A DNA stretch of 64,000 bases from Camelus dromedarius (Eukaryota). Under the pieces are notes generated by a model. It did no database searches and was not told where the DNA came from. It saw only the letters and a list, made by a program, of their open reading frames with translations. Within the stretch, counting starts at the first letter, position 1. The number at the start of each line of letters is the position of its first letter. The DNA lies in the NCBI RefSeq assembly GCF_036321535.1, contig NC_087436.1, positions 116,748,001 to 116,812,000 on the forward strand, in the 5' to 3' direction. Of the stretch, positions 59,237 to 64,000 are shown one piece after another. The position numbers and the translations under genes were made by a program.

Positions 59237-59695
59237 TGTAATAGTTAGGGTCCTAACAGGGAACAGATGGCATACCCAAATTAGGCCACCAAATAAAGAG
59301 GTTCATGTACAAAGGAACTATTTAGTAAGGAGTGTGAGGTGTAGGGGAAAAACAACGGACGGTGTTGTAGTGCTGTCACCACCCCAAGACCCAAAGGGAT
59401 CAGGGGACAGCTAAGGAGAACCAGGAGGAGCACACCACCTTGAGAGGAGCGATGACCACTGGTTGAGGGGCACCACCAGCCCAAGAGGACCTCACAGGGT
59501 GGGAGTCAACATGCCAACTTCACTCTCCAGCCTTCCTCGACTCTCCTGCTAGGACTTCCCAATGGCTGAATCCAACTAGAAACCACAAGGCAGGGCAGCC
59601 CGCATGTGCTGGTTGGTCCCCCAGGCTCGAGAGTGGGGTGGAGCAGGGTGGACAAGGTGGAGGGCAGACCTGGAGGGGCAAAGAGAAGATTCCCA
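59237..59695 (-). mobile_element. LTR33-like ERVL LTR
   Basis: tgtaatagttagggtcc...gaacagatggcatacccaaa...cttcactctcc...cccaatggctgaatccaactagaaacca...ctggaggggcaaa. Confidence 0.7.
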
Positions 59696-60349
59696 CAAAG
59701 GGAAACATGGTGGAAGGAGCAAAGAGAGCAGCCAAAGCCCGGGCTCAGCCACTCCCTGGCTGTGTGCCCTTAAGTAAGGCAGCTCTCCTCTCCTCCTCTG
59801 TAAGTGTGAAGTGGGCAGGGTTATGACCACGCAGGTCAGCTGAGTCAGCAGAGGCAGGAAACAGTAGCTGTTCCCTGGCCCATCTCTCCTCTCCATCCTG
59901 CACAACCTGACAGGTCCCTGTCTAACTTCCCCGTCCACCACCCTAAACCCCTCAACATAGGGGAGCTTTCATATCAGCGCTTCGTAGCCCTTATGCATGG
60001 CAGGACCTTGTATGTACACAGCACTTGATTCAGAGCCCTTCTCCATTAACTGATGTATTTTCAGTCCTTCGAGAACCACGTGAATTATGCAGAGGAAGGA
60101 CTTTCACACCTCTTGACAGAGAAAAGGACCAGAAGCACAGAGAGATCCCAGATCAGACCATAATCATTCACATAGAAATGTTCTAGGTCATAACAGAACC
60201 TTCATGGGCATTTATTGAGAAATGAGTCCTGGGGAGAAAGTGGACAAGAAGTGGGTTTCACAGTCTCTCTTTTTTATAGACATCCTCCTTCAGTTCTTTG
60301 GTTGCAGAATCTTCTTTGACCCCCGTTCTGCATATAAGAATATGACTGT

Positions 60350-61137
60350 TTGACTATCAAGATGGTTCTAATCCCAATTCCAACTTGTGAGGGGCTTGCC
60401 CTCCACCATCAAGCAATTCTCTAGACACCAGCGAGGTGTCCTATAATCCAACCCAATTCTGACACTACCCAGAGGTAGCATCAGATCCCACAGCTTAAGG
60501 GCTCAGCCCTACAAGACCACCACCCCAGATGCCATCCCAAACCCAGATTGTCACCTGTGCTTCTGACAGACTGGCTCTAGATTGGAGGTTCCAACCACCC
60601 CCTCCTTAGGTATGATTAATTTGTTAGGGTGGCTCACAGAACTCAGAGAAACATTGTACTTACTAAATGACCAGCTTAGTATAAAAGGATATAACTCAGA
60701 AACAGCCAGAGGCAAGAGAAAGATAAGGCAAGGTATGGGGAGAGGGCACAGGGCCTCCACACTCCCTGAATCTTCATGTGCTCACCAACCCAGAAGCCCT
60801 CCAAACTCCAAACTTTCAGGTTCTTATGGAGGCTTCAGGACATAGGCATGGCTGATTAAATCATTGACCATTGGTGGTTGAGCACAATCTCAAGCCACTC
60901 TCCACTCCCTGGGGTGTGGGGGTGTGGGTAGATGTGGGGGCCTGTAAGTTCCAACCCTCTAATCACATGGTTGGCTCCACTGGCGGCCAGCCCCCATTCT
61001 TAGGTAGGGTCCAAAAGTTGCTTCCTTGATGTTACAAGCATAGCTCTCATCATCTGGGAAATTCCAAGGGATTGAAGAGCTTGGACCAGACTCTAAAGAC
61101 CAAATATATATTTCTTATTATAAATCACAATATCACA
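60350..61137 (-). mobile_element. MER21-like LTR
   Basis: aattctgacacta...gcatcagatcccacag...aagggctcag...cacctgtgcttctgac...ggctcacagaactcag...gaccaaatatatatttcttattataaatcacaatatcaca. Confidence 0.85.
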
Positions 61138-62823
61138 ACTATTTATTGTATTTATTGTATTTCTCTACATGTATTTATCTACACTTTGCCTCAGCTCACA
61201 AATATTTGGAGTAGTTAACAAAAACTTGCATGGTAGACTAGAAGAACTTTTTTTTTTAATCATAACAAACATCTAGATAGACTGTGAGACTAAGGTAAAG
61301 ATAAAATTCAGGATCCTCAGGCACACATCAGTACATTCTATTAAAATGAAGCTACTGGTTTGCTTCTGAGCTTCCCAGTAGTCTAAGCAAAAAGGGGATC
61401 ATGCTTTTTTATGTGAAATTAGCTGCTCAAAACAAAACAAAAAGCAGTTCCTCAGGAAGTGCCACAAGAATGTATCTTTCAGAGTTAATTGAGTCAATTT
61501 TGTAGGCGATGTTGGCTGATATATGGGTATCACAAAATACGACTGTTTTTCAAAAGTCAACCCCAGTGTCAACTGAAGTCATAACTGCAGAGAGGACCTC
61601 AGTGAGAGTGAGGCTCACAGAAGTTGAGCTTGTAGGTGGTGTGCAAAACTTCTTCAATAAGAGTAATTTTCTTTACGTCTTCTTCTCCTACACTTCCATA
61701 ATTGATGGTTCTCCATTACCACCCAGAACTCTAAGGCACTGAACCAAGAAGGAGACTGAAAGAGGGGAAGGTAATATGAATACCCCCGTTTTTTTGGATC
61801 AGGCATCTTGCTGGAAAATGCTTGAATGATTTATGTGTTTATTACAAAATTCTGTATTTTTGATGCAAACTCATTCTCAGATAATTTATTCATTCTCACA
61901 AAATGACATAGAAAAAAAACATATTGGATGGTTCAGTCATGGCAGAATTTTATGATGATATTTTTCATCCAGTTGAGCAGTTACAGATTTATGTTAATGT
62001 ACATTTCATATTATTTTTCTTGGAATCATATTCTGACATTATCCGGAAACTGTCAGAGTTTGAGAACTTATCTTCCCTGAATATTGTTTTTTTTTTTTTC
62101 ATTCCTAAAAATGGGTAAAAGTGGAAGTACTTATAAGATGTAAGTTGTTTGGGATGAACCATTAGCATTAGCCACAGATCCAGAAGAAATCATCTCTTTT
62201 CAGATAAGGATAGCTGCAATAGTCAAAAATGGTGTGGCTCAGCATCCTAATGCTGAGAATAAAGGAGGCTAAAATGAGTTTGTCTTTGCCTTACATGTGA
62301 ACCAAGCACAAACTCTAAACCAATATCCTCTAGGGTGAAAAGTACACCATATACAAGAATGAATTTATAACGAAATACAATAAACCAGCCAAGAAAAGAA
62401 AGAGGGAATTATGCCTAGGTGGTTGAACATGTGTCTCTGGAAACACGAGCTTGCTTGAAAAGAAGCAAAAGAGAATTCCACATAATGCCATCAAAAGGCC
62501 TTTCTACTAGTTTGCTTTTAGCCGAATTTAGATGTCAAAGAAATTAGAATCAGAGATGAGCTTAGAGTTAATCTGGTTGAGTACCCTCATTTTATGCAAA
62601 GAATCCTAGCAAGAGAAGTAGCTCGCTCAAGGTCACAGAGCAAGCAGTCAGAGCCTAGACCAGAATCCAGTGTTTTGTCAACTGCAGCAATGTTTTCAAG
62701 ATTTTCATACATTTGCAAGTATCTAAAGCTTTTTCTGCAAACTCCGCCTCCTGTTCCCTAATTTCCCACCCATCCAAACTGTACAATGTTTAGCGCAAAG
62801 AAACATGAATTGATGGATGATAT

Positions 62824-62838
62824 TGCCCCCTAGTGGCA
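62824..62838 (-). promoter_or_regulatory. Consensus CTCF core motif
   Basis: Minus strand TGCCACTAGGGGGCA fully matches CCASYAGRKGGCR, in sequence not recognised as a repeat. Confidence 0.7.
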
Positions 62839-64000
62839 GAATACAGCAACACAAAACTTTGCAAAAATGGAATTTGGCATCCTATAGATTATATCCTTAA
62901 CAAAAATAAAACCTTTAGTCCACAGACCTAGAAATAATTAGAAGTAAATTTAAAATTACTCTCCTACCATTTTGGATTTAAATTTATTTCAATCACTGTC
63001 TCAAAATCAATAGAGGCATTGGTACAACATTCAGTTCAAAGGTAATGTTGTCAACTTTGGAAAATCTCTCATTAATGACACTACGGGACAGTATTTTGTC
63101 TCACCACCATTCAGAGAAAAGGAAAGGCATTTGACAGCTCTTTAATGTCCCTAGTACACTTTCCCATAGAGCAATATCAAGTAGCCACAAATAGAAGAAT
63201 TAAAAAAGGCAGCTGCAACACTGTAATGATAACTACCAGAGTAGAAGGTTCACTTTATTCAAATCATTTTGTGCCAGGGGATGGAGTCACATAAGACCTT
63301 AGACCGTGAGTTGGGTCTATACTAACTGTTGGGGGAACTCAAAAAAGTGCGTACGTATCAATTCTGCCTCAGAGGAAGAATTGTGTGTCCTAAGAAGGAT
63401 TCACAGAGCAAAGGACATTGGACTGAGGTGTAAAACAGGGGAGGTTAAACATTATTTTTGATGCACAGAAGCAACTTTAACGTGGTTGCATGAATGTTGG
63501 GCTTGGGGACCAGGAGCCCTGGGTTCTAATCCCAGTGCTACCGCTTTCCAAATTGAAATCTGCAAGGAACGTAACCTCTCCAAATGTAAGTTTCCATGTC
63601 TATAAAACAGAGGAAATGCACCTACATCATAAGACACTTGTCCATTTTAAAGGTGATAACCAGCCGAATCCTAGAGCACAGTTACTGATCCATGACGGAC
63701 CCTGGACAAAAGGATGTTGAACTGAACTGGTGATTTTCAGGATTCTTTCCTCCCTCTTTCACCCCCTGCCATCCTGCCTACACTGGGAAGTCGCCCTGCC
63801 TCTCCGTGTAGGCTGAAGGCACCTCATGCTCCATCTAGTTCGGTGTTAAGCATACACAGTAGACCTGCTGCCCGTGATTATCAACCACAAAGACCAAAGT
63901 TTAGTAAATGTTGTTTTCCCTGCAGCAAACACGTGGCACTGTGCTGAGTGCATAGTGGCTGCACAGTAAACACTCAATTATGCTAAAATTTAGCCCATTT

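Larger units (their letters stand above)
1..64000 (+). other. CLNK: Window lies within the CLNK transcription unit (partial: inferred intron 2 to intron 8)
   Basis: Six colinear in-frame exons between 31739 and 58400 match the CLNK N-terminus. The first lacks the start (human MNRQ) and the last ends in phase 1, so the gene should extend beyond both ends. No ATG-bearing MNRQ exon or downstream exon was recognised. Confidence 0.85.

Noticed and set aside
60911..60940. G-quadruplex-forming pattern (others near 35876-35904 and 45958-45979)
   Set aside because: This one and the 45958 one lie within repeats, and such patterns are common; no evidence of function.
1600..62025. Scattered TTCnnnGAA STAT motifs (e.g. 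1600, 9108, 23698, 30342, 38258, 40892, 62017)
   Set aside because: Frequency is about what chance gives for a six-base pattern; only the one inside the 34170-34780 cluster was kept.
62204..62231. Acceptor-like tctcttttcAG followed by ATAAGGATAGC...AAAATG|gtgtgg as possible exon 9
   Set aside because: Weak donor, and the peptide does not resemble the recalled next CLNK segment (GDASVRKNK).

Overview
This is mammalian genomic DNA, most likely camelid (camel/alpaca/llama), judged from two tRNA-derived Vic-1-like SINEs and many artiodactyl/camelid-type L1 3' ends. The window lies inside CLNK (MIST), the SLP-76-family haematopoietic adaptor, on the + strand. Six small coding exons, mostly missed by the ORF track, splice in frame with AG/GT boundaries: 31739-31810, 40322-40350, 46849-46886, 51964-52105, 53329-53435 and 58355-58400. 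They give (Q)GNRKTTKEGSSDLKFQNVALPKNRSWPRISSATGQYQTINEPLLDGERNFAAALDGAKGHTDDDYEDPELRVAEAWQSMKILPARPIKESEYADTRFFKDVMDTPLSLDAKTSIPTDGQTWNKWMRLEEAEQPISKDIRSQHAK(G), which I recognise from memory as the CLNK N-terminus. Exon numbers 3-8 are inferred from the human gene. The ATG exon and the proline-rich/SH2 exons were not found and presumably lie outside the window. The rest is intron with L1, SINE, MIR/L2, MaLR/ERVL LTRs, DNA-transposon MITEs and microsatellites; subfamily names are recalled from consensus sequences, not from a search. I found no self-contained new gene system. The most interesting testable ideas are: (i) a GTAAGT donor 197 nt upstream of exon 3 whose use would create a Kozak-strong ATG across the junction and an MGNRKT N-myristoylation-type start; (ii) inverted L1 tails bracketing a 333-nt stop-free exon 5-8 block; (iii) a 5'-intact antisense L1 ending about 170 nt before exon 6; (iv) a traceable L1 3' transduction; (v) candidate immune-cell enhancers and a strong CTCF site.
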